Of a stretch of DNA of 64,000 bases, positions 57,401 to 64,000 are shown in pieces. This stretch comes from Candidatus Oxydemutatoraceae bacterium (GTDB lineage: Bacteria > Pseudomonadota > Gammaproteobacteria > Poriferisulfidales > Oxydemutatoraceae). The stretch's first letter is position 1; each line of letters opens with the position of its first letter. The stretch lies in NCBI GenBank assembly GCA_965220085.1, contig CBDCOZ010000003.1:1728001-1792000 (forward strand), given 5' to 3'. A model generated the notes under the pieces. That model was not told where the DNA came from. It did not search any database and saw nothing but the letters and a program-made list of their open reading frames with translations. Made by a program: the position numbers and the translations under genes.

Positions 57401-60400
57401 GCGAGCATCGCCCCCGTCTGTTTCATAATCCACCGCCCGTGTCAGACTGACCTCACCGGTAGCGCTATCAATGGTCAGCATATCGTTCGCATCCAAACTC
57501 CACATAATCGATGCCAGACTCCGGACTAAATCGCCATTCCGCACATCTCGCTCGTATGCCGCCAACGACAGACCGCTTATCGCCGTACCGGCCGGCGCGT
57601 TCTCCAAAACCAGATTGGTGGCATCATCGTCATCGGCAATTACCAGCTCAAATATGCTATTCACGACCATTATCGTCACCTCAAATGTGTCCGACCGCAC
57701 GGTGGCGCCGTCTCCGGTGACCGAGACTTGCGCCTCAACTGTGTGGCTATCGGTGTCTTCGTAATCCAATGTGTCCGAAGCAATCAGGCTGATAGCGCCG
57801 TTGGCATCTATTGCGAACAGGCCGCCGCCGGTCAAAGTCCATGTCAGACCGGTCGTCACCGCAGAGCCCCCTTCGTCGGTCACTGTCAATGCGATACCGG
57901 CTACCGCCGTATTAGCCGCCGCCGTCTCCGTGATCGTGTTGTCAGCGTTGTCGCTGTCTGTGACGGTCAGCATCTCCAACACATTCGTTACGTTTATTGT
58001 CAGTGTCACTATGGCAGGCTGATAACCGGCGGCTTCGGCTGTTACCGTTACGCTATGGCTGCGCGCGGTTTCGTAGTCCAGTGTCTTGCCCGCAATCAAT
58101 GTAATCTCTCCGTTAGCGCTGTCTATTGCAAATGAGCCGCTCGGATCGGTCAGGCTCCAGACCGCTCCGCTTACAACATTGCTATCAGCGTCTTGTGCCG
58201 CCAGCGTTACATCCGCTATCGCAGTGCCTCCCGTTGCCGACTCCGCTATCGTCGCTGTGTTGGCATCGCCTGTCGCATCAGTGTCCGCAATCTGCAACTG
58301 CGGCAGAGTCTCGTCAATATCTGTTACGGCGATGGTCAGGGTTAGTTGATTCGAATCTATGCCGTCTTTGCTCGCCTGCGCCGTGACCGTGTGTTGCGTT
58401 GCCGCCGCGTAGTCCAATGCGCCCTCTGCGGTTATCACGCCGCTGTTACTCGTGATAGCAAACAAGCTGCCTGCGTCATCGGTCAGCATCCATTCCGCTC
58501 CGGTTATCACCTCGTCATTCTCGGTCGCTACCAGATTGATGCCCGGCACTACGGTGCCGGCGGGCGCATTCTCGGCCAGTTCTATCGCACCGCTGCCGCC
58601 GTTTGCTATCGTCAATGTCTCCAGCACATTCAATACATTGATTGTCAGTTCCAGCGTCGCTGTCATAAAACCGGCGGCGGCGGCGGTTACCGTTACGCTA
58701 TGGTTGCGCGCACCTATGTCTTCGTAGTCCAGCGTGTCGCTCGCTGCCAAAGTGATGACACCGCTGGTACTGCCTATCGCGAACAAGCTGCTCGGATCGG
58801 TCAGGCTCCAGGTCGCACTACTTACGGCAGTGCCATCGGTATCTTGTGCCGCCAATGTCACACCTGCTATCGCCGTGCCCTCCGTCGCATCCTCCGCTAT
58901 CGTCGCTGTGTTGGCAGCGCCTGTTGCATCGGTGTCCGCAATCTGTAGCTGCGGCAGGGTCTCATCAATATCTGTTACGGCGATGGTCAGAGATAGCTCA
59001 TTGGAATCTATGCCGTCTTTGCTCGCCTGCGCCGTGACCGTGTGTTGCGTTGCCGCCGCATAGTCCAATGCGCCCTCTGCGGTTATCACGCCGGTGTTGC
59101 TCGTGATGGCAAACAAGCTATCCGCGTCATCGGTCAGGCTCCAGACCACGCCGCTTACCGCAACGCCGCCTTCGTCGCTCACTGTCAGAGCAATGCCCGG
59201 CACCACGGTGCCGACGGGCGCATTCTCGGCCAGTTCTATCGCACCGCTGCCGCCGTTTGCTATCGTCAATGTCTCCAGCACATTCTCCACAGTTACCGTT
59301 ATTGAGAATGCGACCGAAGTCACTCCGTCTTTCGCGGCTTGCGCCATTAATGTGTGGCTCTCTGCCGTCTCAAAATTCAATGCGCCAGCCACCGTGACCT
59401 CGCCGCCGGTGCTAATCGCAAACAGGCCGCCAGCGTTATCAGGCAGACTCCATGTCAGGTCGGTTACCGGACGACCGCCTTCATCACTCGCCGTCAGAGT
59501 GACACCGCTCACTTCGGCGCCAATCGTTGCATTCTCCGCAATGGCATTGTCAGTGTTGTCGCTGTCTGTGACGGTCAGTGTCTCCAACACATTCTCTACC
59601 GCTATCGTCAGCGCTAGCGTGTTAACGACAGCGCCCGTTGAGGCTTGTGCCGTTATCGTGTGGCTCTCTGCCGTCTCAAAATTCAATGCGCCAGCCACCG
59701 TCACTTCGCCGCCAGTGCTAATCGCAAACAGGCCGCCAGCGTTATCAGGCAGACTCCATGTCAGGTCGGTTACCGCATTGCTGCCTTCATCACTCGCCGA
59801 CAGTGTGACGCCGCTCACTTCGGCGCCAATCGTTGCATTCTCCGCAATGGCATTGTCAGCGTTGTCGCTGTCTGTGACGGTCAGCATCTCCAACACATTG
59901 GTCACGTTTATTGTCAGGGTCACTGCGGCGGGCTGATAACCGGCGGCTTCGGCGGTTACCGTTACGCTATGGCTGCGCGCGGTTTCGTAGTCCAGTGTCT
60001 TGCCCGCAATCAATGTAATCTCGCCGTTAGCGCTGTCTATTGCAAATGAGCCGCTCGGATCGATCAGGCTCCAGACCGCTCCGCTTACAACATTGCTATC
60101 AGCGTCTTGTGCCGCCAGCGTTACATCCGCTATCGCAACGCCTCCCGTTGCCGACTCCGCTATCGTCGCTGTGTTGGCATCGCCTGTCGTATCAGTGTCC
60201 GCAATCTGCAACTGCGGCAGAGTCTCGTCAATATCTGTTACGGCGATGGTCAGAGATAGCTCATTGGAATCTATGCCGTCTTTGCTCGCCTGCGCCGTGA
60301 CCGTGTGTTGCGTTGCCGCCGCGTAGTCCAATGCGCCCTCTGCGGTTATCACGCCGGTGTTGCTCGTGATGGCAAACAAGCTATCCGCGTCATCGGTCAG

Positions 60401-63400
60401 GCTCCAGACCACGCCGCTTACCGCAACGCCGCCTTCGTCGCTCACTGTCAGAGCAATGCCCGGCACCACGGTGCCGGCGGGCGCATTCTCGGCCAGTTCT
60501 ATCGCACCGCTGCCGCCGTTTGCTATCGTCAATGTCTCCAGCACATTCTCCACAGTTACCGTTATTGAGAATGCGACCGAAGTCACTCCGTCTTTCGCGG
60601 CTTGCGCCATTAATGTGTGGCTCTCTGCCGTCTCAAAATTCAATGCGCCCGCCACCGTGACCTCGCCGCCGGTGCTAATCGCAAACAGGCCGCCAGCGTT
60701 ATCAGGCAGACTCCATGTCAGGTCGGTTACCGGACGACCGCCTTCATCACTCGCCGTCAGAGTGACACCGCTCACTTCGGCGCCGATCGTTGCGTTCTCC
60801 GCAATGGTATTGTCAGTGTTGTCGCTGTCTGTGACGGTCAGTGTCTCCAACACATTCTCTACCGCTATCGTCAGCGCTAGCGTGTTAACGACAGCGCCCG
60901 TTGAGGCTTGTGCCGTTATCGTGTGGCTCTCTGCCGTCTCAAAATTCAATGCGCCCGCCACCGTGACCTCGCCGCCGGTGCTAATCGCAAACAGGCCGCC
61001 CGCGTTATCAGGCAGACTCCATGTCAGGTCGGTTACCGCATTGCTGCCTTCGTCACTCGCCGTCAGAGTGATGCCGCTCACTTCAGTGCCAATCGTTGCG
61101 TTCTCCGCAATGGCATTGTCAGCGTTGTCGCTGTCTGTGACGGTCAGCATCTCCAACACATTGGTCACGTTTATTGTCAGGGTCACTGCGGCGGGCTGAT
61201 AACCGGCGGCTTCGGCGGTTACCGTTACGCTATAGCTGTGCGCGGTTTCGTAGTCCAGTGTCTTGCCCGCAATCAAAGTGATGACACCGCTGGTACTGCC
61301 TACTGTGAACAAGCTGCTCGGATCGGTCAGGCTCCAAGTCACTCCGCTTACAACATTGCTATCAGCGTCTTGTGCCGCCAGCGTTACATCCGCTATCGCA
61401 ACGCCTCCCGTTGCCGACTCCGCTATCGTCGCTGTGTTGGCATCGCCTGTCGTATCAGTGTCCGCAATCTGCAACTGCGGCAGAGTCTCGTCAATATCTG
61501 TTACGGCGATGGTCAGGGTTAGTTGATTCGAATCTATGCCGTCTTTGCTCGCCTGCGCCGTGACCGTGTGTTGCGTTGCCGCCGCGTAGTTCAATGCGCC
61601 CTCTACGGTAATCACGCCGGTGTTACTCGTGATGGCAAACAAGCTATCCGCGTCATCGGTCAGGCTCCAGACCACGCCGCTTACCGCAACGCCGCCTTCG
61701 TCGCTCACTGTCAGAGCAATGCCCGGCACCACGGTGCCGACGGGCGCATTCTCGGCCAGTTCTATCGCACCGCTGCCGCCGTTTACTATCGTCAATGTCT
61801 CCAGCACATTCTCCACAGTTATCGTTATTGAGAATGCGACCGAAGTCACTCCGTCTTTCGCGGCTTGCGCCATTAATGTGTGGCTCTCCCCGCCAGCCGC
61901 TTCAAAATTCAATGCGCCAGCCACCGTGACCTCGCCGCCGGTGCTAATCGCAAACAGGCCGCCAGCGTTATCAGGTAGACTCCATGTCAGGTCGGTTACC
62001 GGACGACCGCCTTCATCACTCGCCGTCAGAGTGACACCGCTCACTTCGGCGCCGATCGTTGCGTTCTCCGCAATGGTATTGTCAGTGTTGTCGCTGTCTG
62101 TGACGGTCAGTGTCTCCAACACATTCTCTACCGCTATCGTCAGCACTAGCGTGTTAACGACAGCGCCCGTTGAGGCTTGTGCCGTTATCGTGTGGCTCTC
62201 TGCCGTCTCAAAATTCAATGCGCCAGCCACCGTCACTTCGCCGCCAGTGCTAATCGCAAACAGGCCGCTTGCATCATCAGGCAGACTCCATGTCAGGTCG
62301 GTTACCGCATTGCTGCCTTCGTCACTCGCCGTCAGAGTGACGCCGGTCACTTCGGCGCCGATCGTTGCGTTCTCCGCAATGGTATTGGCGCCAGTGTTGC
62401 TATCCGCTATCGTCAATGTCTCCAGCACATTCTCCACAGTTACCGTTACTGAGAATGCGACCGAAGTCACTCCGTCTTTCGCGGCTTGCGCCATTAATGT
62501 GTGACTCTCGCCGCCAACCGCTTCAAAATCCAAATCGCCGGCCACACTGATTACGCCTGTGTCAGTCGCAATCGCAAACAGGCCGCTTGCATCATCAGGC
62601 AGACTCCATGTCAGGTCGGTTACCGTAGCGCCACCCTCGTCGCTCACTGTCAGAGTGACGCCGGTCACTTCGGCGCCAACCGTTGCATTCTCCGCAATGG
62701 TATTGTCGCCAGTGTCGTTATCCGCTACCGTCAATGTCTCCAGCACATTCAATACATTTATTGCCAGGGTCAGTGTGGCAGACTGATAACTGTCGACTTC
62801 GGCGGTTACCGTTACGCTATGGCTGCGCGCGGTTTCGTAGTCCAGTGTCTTGCCCGCAATCAATGTAATCTCTCCGTTAGCGCTGTCTATTGCAAATGAG
62901 CCGCTCGGATCGGTCAGGCTCCAGACCGCTCCGCTTACAACATTGCTATCAGCGTCTTGTGCCGCCAGCGTTACATCCGCTATCGCAGTGCCTCCCGTTG
63001 CCGACTCCGCTATCGTCGCTGTGTTGGCATCGCCTGTCGCATCAGTGTCCGCAATCTGCAACTGCGGCAGAGTCTCGTCAATATCTGTTACGGCGATGGT
63101 CAGAGATAGCTCATTGGAATCTATGCCGTCCCTGCTCGCCTGCGCCCTGACCGTGTGTTGCGTTGCTGCCGCGTAGTCCAATGCGCCCTCTACGGTTATC
63201 ACGCCGGTGTTACTCGTGATGGCAAACAAGCTGCCTGCGTCATCGGTCAGGCTCCAGACCACTGCGCTTACCGTAGATCCACCCTCGTCTCTCACCGTCA
63301 AAGCAATGCCCGGTACCACGGTGCCGGCGGGCGCATTCTCCGCAATGGTATTGCCGCCAGTGTCGCTATCCGCTATCGTCAATGTCTCCAGCACATTCTC

Positions 63401-64000
63401 CACAGTTACCGTTATTGAGAATGCGACCGAAGCCACTCCGTCTTTCGCGGCTTGCGCCATTAATGTGTGGCTCTCGCCGCCAGCCGCTTCAAAATCTAAA
63501 TCGCCCGCCACACTGATTACGCCTGTGTTAGTCGCAATCGCAAACAGGCCGCTTGCATCATCAGGCAGACTCCATGTCAGGTCGGTTACCGTAGCGCCAC
63601 CCTCGTCGCTCACTGTCAGAGTGACGCCGGTCACTTCGGCGCCAACCGTTGCATTCTCCGCAATGGTATTGGCGCCAGTGTCGTTATCCGCTATCGTCAA
63701 TGTCTCCAGCACATTCAATACATTTATTGCCAGGGTCAGTGTGGCAGACTGATAACTGTCGACCTCGGCGGTTACCGTTACGCTATGGCTGCGCGCGGTT
63801 TCGTAGTCCAGTGTCTTGCCCGCAATCAATGTAATCTCTCCGTTAGCGCTGTCTATTGCAAATGAGCCGCTCGGATCGGTCAGGCTCCAGACCGCTCCGC
63901 TTACAACATTGCTATCAGCGTCTTGTGCCGCCAGCGTTACATCCGCTATCGCAGTGCCTCCCGTTGCCGACTCCGCTATCGTCGCTGTGTTGGCATCGCC
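42458..64000 (-). CDS. Giant cadherin-repeat adhesin (>7,100 aa, 5' end outside the window) with GLUG-like and FN3-like domains and C-terminal LRLRLRLFLEGPLR tail
   Basis: Single open frame over 21 kb; dozens of ~105-aa repeats with IAENA/AEDA, W.L.D...LFAI, LDYE. Non-repeat block DYDRDDDNLIEI..GWEPIG..FNGNGNTIANL..GLFG..GGLAG at about 43700-44810. Confidence 0.93.
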   Translation of the reverse strand, partial: GDANTATIAESATGGTAIADVTLAAQDADSNVVSGAVWSLTDPSGSFAIDSANGEITLIAGKTLDYETARSHSVTVTAEVDSYQSATLTLAINVLNVLETLTIADNDTGANTIAENATVGAEVTGVTLTVSDEGGATVTDLTWSLPDDASGLFAIATNTGVISVAGDLDFEAAGGESHTLMAQAAKDGVASVAFSITVTVENVLETLTIADSDTGGNTIAENAPAGTVVPGIALTVRDEGGSTVSAVVWSLTDDAGSLFAITSNTGVITVEGALDYAAATQHTVRAQASRDGIDSNELSLTIAVTDIDETLPQLQIADTDATGDANTATIAESATGGTAIADVTLAAQDADSNVVSGAVWSLTDPSGSFAIDSANGEITLIAGKTLDYETARSHSVTVTAEVDSYQSATLTLAINVLNVLETLTVADNDTGDNTIAENATVGAEVTGVTLTVSDEGGATVTDLTWSLPDDASGLFAIATDTGVISVAGDLDFEAVGGESHTLMAQAAKDGVTSVAFSVTVTVENVLETLTIADSNTGANTIAENATIGAEVTGVTLTASDEGSNAVTDLTWSLPDDASGLFAISTGGEVTVAGALNFETAESHTITAQASTGAVVNTLVLTIAVENVLETLTVTDSDNTDNTIAENATIGAEVSGVTLTASDEGGRPVTDLTWSLPDNAGGLFAISTGGEVTVAGALNFEAAGGESHTLMAQAAKDGVTSVAFSITITVENVLETLTIVNGGSGAIELAENAPVGTVVPGIALTVSDEGGVAVSGVVWSLTDDADSLFAITSNTGVITVEGALNYAAATQHTVTAQASKDGIDSNQLTLTIAVTDIDETLPQLQIADTDTTGDANTATIAESATGGVAIADVTLAAQDADSNVVSGVTWSLTDPSSLFTVGSTSGVITLIAGKTLDYETAHSYSVTVTAEAAGYQPAAVTLTINVTNVLEMLTVTDSDNADNAIAENATIGTEVSGITLTASDEGSNAVTDLTWSLPDNAGGLFAISTGGEVTVAGALNFETAESHTITAQASTGAVVNTLALTIAVENVLETLTVTDSDNTDNTIAENATIGAEVSGVTLTASDEGGRPVTDLTWSLPDNAGGLFAISTGGEVTVAGALNFETAESHTLMAQAAKDGVTSVAFSITVTVENVLETLTIANGGSGAIELAENAPAGTVVPGIALTVSDEGGVAVSGVVWSLTDDADSLFAITSNTGVITAEGALDYAAATQHTVTAQASKDGIDSNELSLTIAVTDIDETLPQLQIADTDTTGDANTATIAESATGGVAIADVTLAAQDADSNVVSGAVWSLIDPSGSFAIDSANGEITLIAGKTLDYETARSHSVTVTAEAAGYQPAAVTLTINVTNVLEMLTVTDSDNADNAIAENATIGAEVSGVTLSASDEGSNAVTDLTWSLPDNAGGLFAISTGGEVTVAGALNFETAESHTITAQASTGAVVNTLALTIAVENVLETLTVTDSDNTDNAIAENATIGAEVSGVTLTASDEGGRPVTDLTWSLPDNAGGLFAISTGGEVTVAGALNFETAESHTLMAQAAKDGVTSVAFSITVTVENVLETLTIANGGSGAIELAENAPVGTVVPGIALTVSDEGGVAVSGVVWSLTDDADSLFAITSNTGVITAEGALDYAAATQHTVTAQASKDGIDSNELSLTIAVTDIDETLPQLQIADTDATGAANTATIAEDATEGTAIAGVTLAAQDTDGTAVSSATWSLTDPSSLFAIGSTSGVITLAASDTLDYEDIGARNHSVTVTAAAAGFMTATLELTINVLNVLETLTIANGGSGAIELAENAPAGTVVPGINLVATENDEVITGAEWMLTDDAGSLFAITSNSGVITAEGALDYAAATQHTVTAQASKDGIDSNQLTLTIAVTDIDETLPQLQIADTDATGDANTATIAESATGGTAIADVTLAAQDADSNVVSGAVWSLTDPSGSFAIDSANGEITLIAGKTLDYETARSHSVTVTAEAAGYQPAIVTLTINVTNVLEMLTVTDSDNADNTITETAAANTAVAGIALTVTDEGGSAVTTGLTWTLTGGGLFAIDANGAISLIASDTLDYEDTDSHTVEAQVSVTGDGATVRSDTFEVTIMVVNSIFELVIADDDDATNLVLENAPAGTAISGLSLAAYERDVRNGDLVRSLASIMWSLDANDMLTIDSATGEVSLTRAVDYETDGGDARKADVVVTISATDPATRAERIDQHRIGVEIVNVVESITVTDSDSDASAIAEDATVGTVVPGISLTANEGSLGLIDGIDFTWRLSDNAGGLFAISTGGEVTVAGALNFETAQSHTITAQASTGTVVNTLALTIAVENVLETLTIANGDSGAIELAENAPAGTVVPGIALTVRDEGGSTVSAVVWSLTDDAGSLFAITSNTGVITVEGALDYETSSQHTVMAQATKDGVDSNELSLTIAVENVLETLTIENTGSGAIEMTENAPAGTVVPGIALTVGDEGGSTVSGAVWSLTDDADSLFAITSNSGVITVEGALDYAAATQHTVTARASKDGIDSNQLTLTIAVTDIDETLPQLQIADTDTTGDANTATIAESATGGTAIADVALAAQDSGGATVAGVTWSLTDPSSLFTVGSTSGVITLIADNTLDYEDTNARSHSVTVTAEADGYQPAALTLTINVTNVLETLTIANGGSGAIELAENAPVGTVVPGIALTASEGSLPLVGGTDFAWELSDAAGGLFAIDSESGVVTLAGALDYETAQSHTITARASTGAVSETIAVTIAVTNVDETLPQLQIADTDATGDDNTATIAEDASAGAAIAGVTLAAQDSSGAAVSVTWNLSAPSEIDLFEIDSASGEITLIADNTLDYETVRSHTVAVTATADGYQPAAVTLTINVTNVLETLTVANSGSGAIELAENAPTGTVVPGIILTASEGSLVLTGGTDFAWELSDAAAGRFAIDSESGVVTLAGALDYETAQSHTITAQASTGTVSETIAVTIAVTNVDETLPQLQIADTDATGAANTATIAEDAAAGTAIADVTLAAQDSAGVAVSSATWSLTDPSGLFTIGSTNGVITLIASDTLDYETARSHTVAITATADSYQPAIVTLTINVTNVLETLTIVNGGSGAIELAENAPVGTVVPGIALTVSDEGGVAVSGVVWSLTDDADSLFAITSNTGVITAEGALNYAAATQHTVTAQASKDGIDSNQLTLTIAVTDIDETLPQLQIADTDATGAANTATIAEDAAAGTAIADVTLAAQDSAGVAVSSATWSLSGQNELDLFEIDSASGEITLIVSDTLDYETARSHNVTVIAEAAGYQPAIVTLTINVTNVLETLTIENTGSGAIELTENAPAGTVVPGIALTASDEGGATVSEVVWSLTDASGLFAINSASGVITAEGELDYEASSQHTVAAQATKDGVDSNELSLTITVTDVDETLPQLQIADTDATGVANTATIAEDASAGTAIAGVTLAAQDPAGATVTGVTWSLTDPSSLFTVGSTSGVITLIADNTLDYETARSHSVTVTAEAAGYQPAAVALTINVTNVPETLTVANSGTGAIELAEDAPAGTVVPGIALTASEGSLPLTGGIDFTWELSDDAVGRFAIDSESGVVTVAGALDYETAQSHTITAQASTGTVSSTIEVTIAVTNVPETLTVANGGSAAIALAENATVGTVVPGITLTASEGSLPLVGGTDFTWALSDAAGGLFAIDSESGVVTLAGALDYEMAQSHTIIAQASTGAVSETIEVTIAVTNVPETLTVANSGNGAINLAENATVGAVVPGITLTASEGSLPLTGGIDFTWELSDDAVGRFAIDSESGVVTLAGALDYEMAQSHTIIAQASTGAVSETIEVIVVVTNVAETLTVANGGSGAIALAENATVGIVVPGITLTASEGSLPLVGGTDFTWALSDAAGGLFAIDSESGVVTLAGALDYETAQSHTITAQASTGTVSSTIEVTIAVTNVPETLTVANGGSGAIALAENVPTGAVVPGIALTANDEGNTAVTGVRWSLASTPTGLFAIDSDSGLVTVAGALDYETSSQHIVMAQATKDGIDSNELSLTITVTDVDETLPQLQIADTDATGDADTATIAESATAGMAIAGVTLAAQDSAGAAVSGATWNLTDPSDLFTIGNANGIITLVASDTLDYEDTGARSHAVTVTAEAAGYQPAALTLTINVTNVPETLTVANSGNGAINLAENATVGAVVPGITLTASEGSLPLTGGIDFTWELSDDAVGRFAIDSESGVVTLAGALDYEMAQSHTIIAQASTGAVSETIEVTIAVTNVAETLTVANGGSAAIALAENATVGTVVPGITLTASEGSLPLTGGTDFTWELSDDAVGRFAIDSESGVVTVAGALDYETAQSHTITAQASTGTVSSTIEVTIAVTNVAETLTVANGGSGAIALAENATVGAVVPGIALTASEGSLPLTGGTDFAWDLSDAAGSLFAIDSESGVVTLAGALDYEMAQSHTITARASTGAVSETIAVTIAVTNVLETLTVANSGMGAIELAENAAVGAVVPGIILTASEGSLSLTGGTDFAWDLSNNAGGRFAIDSESGVVTLAGALDYETTQSHTIIAQASTGTVSDTIEVTIAVTDIDETLPQLQIADTDAAGDANTATIAEDASAGTAIADVTLAAQDSGGATVNGVIWSLTDPSGLFTVGSTSGVITLVADNTLDYETARSHTVTLTAEADGYQPAVVTLRINVTNVLETLTIANGGSGAIELAENAPAGTVVPGIALTASDEGGATVSEVVWRLIDASGLFAINSASGVITAEGALDYEASSQHTVMAQATKDGIDSNELSLTIAVTDVDETLPQLQIADTDATGAANTATIAEDAAAGTAIADVTLAAQDSSGAAVSSVTWNLTDPSGLFTVGSTSGVITLVADNTLDYETARNHTVTLTAEADGYQPAVVTLRINVTNVLETLTVTDSDNADNVIVETAVADTAVVGTALTVTDEGGSAVTTGLTWALFGGDGLFAIDANGMIRLIVGDSLDFETSSSATVMVQVEKDGVTSAMFELMITILDVNENVLIVDTDGNDTSAAIDEDAEAGDALPGLALVARDADGAELSSVSWELTNTAGGLFAIGTTSGEITLAGMLDYEATPTHTLVIRATTGENSSHFVLRVNVGNVLESLTVTDSDSDDNTIAENATSGSAVSGIALVVTDEGGRPVTEGLDWSLASDPSGLFAVASTNGEITLTGAADHETTPTHTVMVQVAKDGITSSAVELTIHVTNVLETLTVTDSDTAENTIAENATSGTAVAGIAFAVTDEGGRPVTEGLTWSLAANPGNLFAISTTGGEITLVGEADYETTPTHMLTVAVTAAGISDEFELTVEVQNALEALTITDRDDVANEIVENVATATAVSGIDLAALDEAGNAAADGLVWRLTENADGRFAIDPDSGIITADRTPDYETSTQTSFTVTVAVTKDGVDSAPLSLSIALRNVLESLILEDINAAANGIDENALAGVIVSGIAFAVRDESGNEVTDGLTWTLPESAGDLFVINNQGVISVTKVTSEALDAENVADYALQVRVSKDGVDSNATDVPVVVRNLLEELKIANGGSGAIALAEDATTGAVVPGIALTATDEGGNAVSSATWSLTDASGLFAISADTGVISLIAANTLDYDIEALRSHTVRAQASKDGVISDPFALTIDVTDVLETLQIVDNNPAEDTIIENAASGTAVSGIDLAAENEAGDSVRDVLWSLTDNAGGLFAISTAGAITATAPLDHETTPTHAVIVRAAKDGIDSAPFALTIAVGDVLERLTVADGNADANRIAEDATSGTQVLGITLSASDEKSEAVTDVTWSLSDDAGGRFAISADTGVISLVADDRLDFATSSSVAVTVQAAKDGVTSDAFDLPITILEVNENIRIVDTDGFDAFATIDEDATTGTMLSGARLVARDADSAELMTGVTWSLSDAAGGLFAIATDTAVITLTGMLDYETTPTHTVVIRATHEGNSSNFVLQVNVGNVLESLTATDSDEDANTIAETATTGTAVAGIVFAATDEGGRPVTEGLTWSLAADPSGLFAIGSTGGEVTLIGTADYETTPTHTVMVQVAKGGTTSSAVALTIDVTNIPETLTVTNADSTGTAMIAVAENAIIGTRVPGIRLIVTDEAGTEVTEGLTWSSTSTLFMVNPATGVIATGAALDYETATSHTITVTAASGGVSGSIGLPIAVEDVLETLMITDDDPAANRIPENSPLSEAVSGAELIVRDEGGDEVSPMTWGLRDNAVGRFAISTINGEITATAALDYESSTSFVIIVQATSGGVTSAPFRMTIEVANVFDEFAISDTNAEANTIAENADAGAIVDGVELAATFAPGEGRPQVSWMLVDDAAELFRIGADTGVISLTRGGALDYDAATQHTVMAQARAGGGLEGGEGVLSNVLAVTIEVIRAPASETDYDRDDDNLIEITTLEQLDAVRYDLDGDGKPSTGSQTTYEMAFPDAAVAMGCASTCTGYELLNGLDFAGTTNTAWTSGEGWEPIGDGGNHFTAIFNGNGNTIANLHINRNADSQGLFGVIGDGGTITNVGVTGSVLAGAGGNTGGLAGQQAAGGAIERSYSAVSVQGYRAGSLLGQDKGGTVRLSYASGRVNGDNTAGGLIGSAFFLTTVKPRAEHAYATGYVNATNASASVAGGVGGGLIGHFRDARLSYIYSTAFVDPATRFAGGIGGRNSTDDPEFIAVYWDTEASGVTAAIRSGTSAGITSQTTVELQAPTSYAGIYANWNANDADGNPTDYWDFGAADQYPALKIDFNNDGMASWEEFGYQLREGPQNVEISATSATGITLSWTAPDISHWPVVPPSVGYALYRNGAALSLAADDITEENGENGVTYSYTDSATSAAAVYHITAVVNGGEASRSAASLPSLTITDSDPAPNAIAEDAAEGTAVTGITLMVRDENGNAVTNAIWELTDNAGGMFAISSNTGVITVAGELSAGEQTITVRARRGELASNELTLTIVVSSPLAPATLTITDSDPAPNAIAEDAAEGTAVTGITLMVRDENGNAVTNAIWELTDNAGGMFAISSNTGVITVAGELSAGEQTITVRARRGELASNELTLTIVVSSPLAPATLTITDSDPAPNAIAEDAAEGTAVTGITLMVRDENGNAVTNAIWELTDNAGGMFAINAEGVITVASALTAGDQMITVQAEREGITSELELTITVEASVLRLRLRLFLEGPLR

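Noticed and set aside
42563-63834. Numerous + strand ORFs opposite the giant adhesin
   Set aside because: Antisense shadows of a repetitive, codon-biased gene.

Overview
GC-rich gammaproteobacterial chromosome segment. Most of it is compact housekeeping DNA: alkA-like glycosylase, ispB, rplU-rpmA-obgE-proB, rpsT, ychF-pth-rplY, tRNA-Gln-prs, ispE-lolB-TPR, hemA-prfA-prmC, gatCAB, mreBCD, pheA-serC-gyrA, glutaminyl cyclase, amidohydrolase-ubiG-gph-rmuC, lysS-prfB and two methanopterin-pathway-type genes. Accessory content is a 740-aa secreted repeat protein plus an orphan C5 DNA methyltransferase inserted between ispB and rplU, and a >7,100-aa cadherin-repeat giant adhesin that runs off the right edge. 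Two signals stand out. (1) The two otherwise dissimilar surface proteins, 40 kb apart, end in the identical 14-mer LRLRLRLFLEGPLR-stop, encoded with many synonymous differences; this is a candidate undescribed C-terminal sorting or anchoring signal. (2) There are many locus-specific short tandem amplifications (62-309 bp units, often about 3 copies) at gene ends and gene junctions, several built from the flanking genes' own termini. Also noted: an inverted tRNA-Gln-prs block, an amidohydrolase lacking its metal ligands, a probable ATT start for mreC, and the prfB +1 frameshift. All calls come from reading the sequence; no database searches were run.
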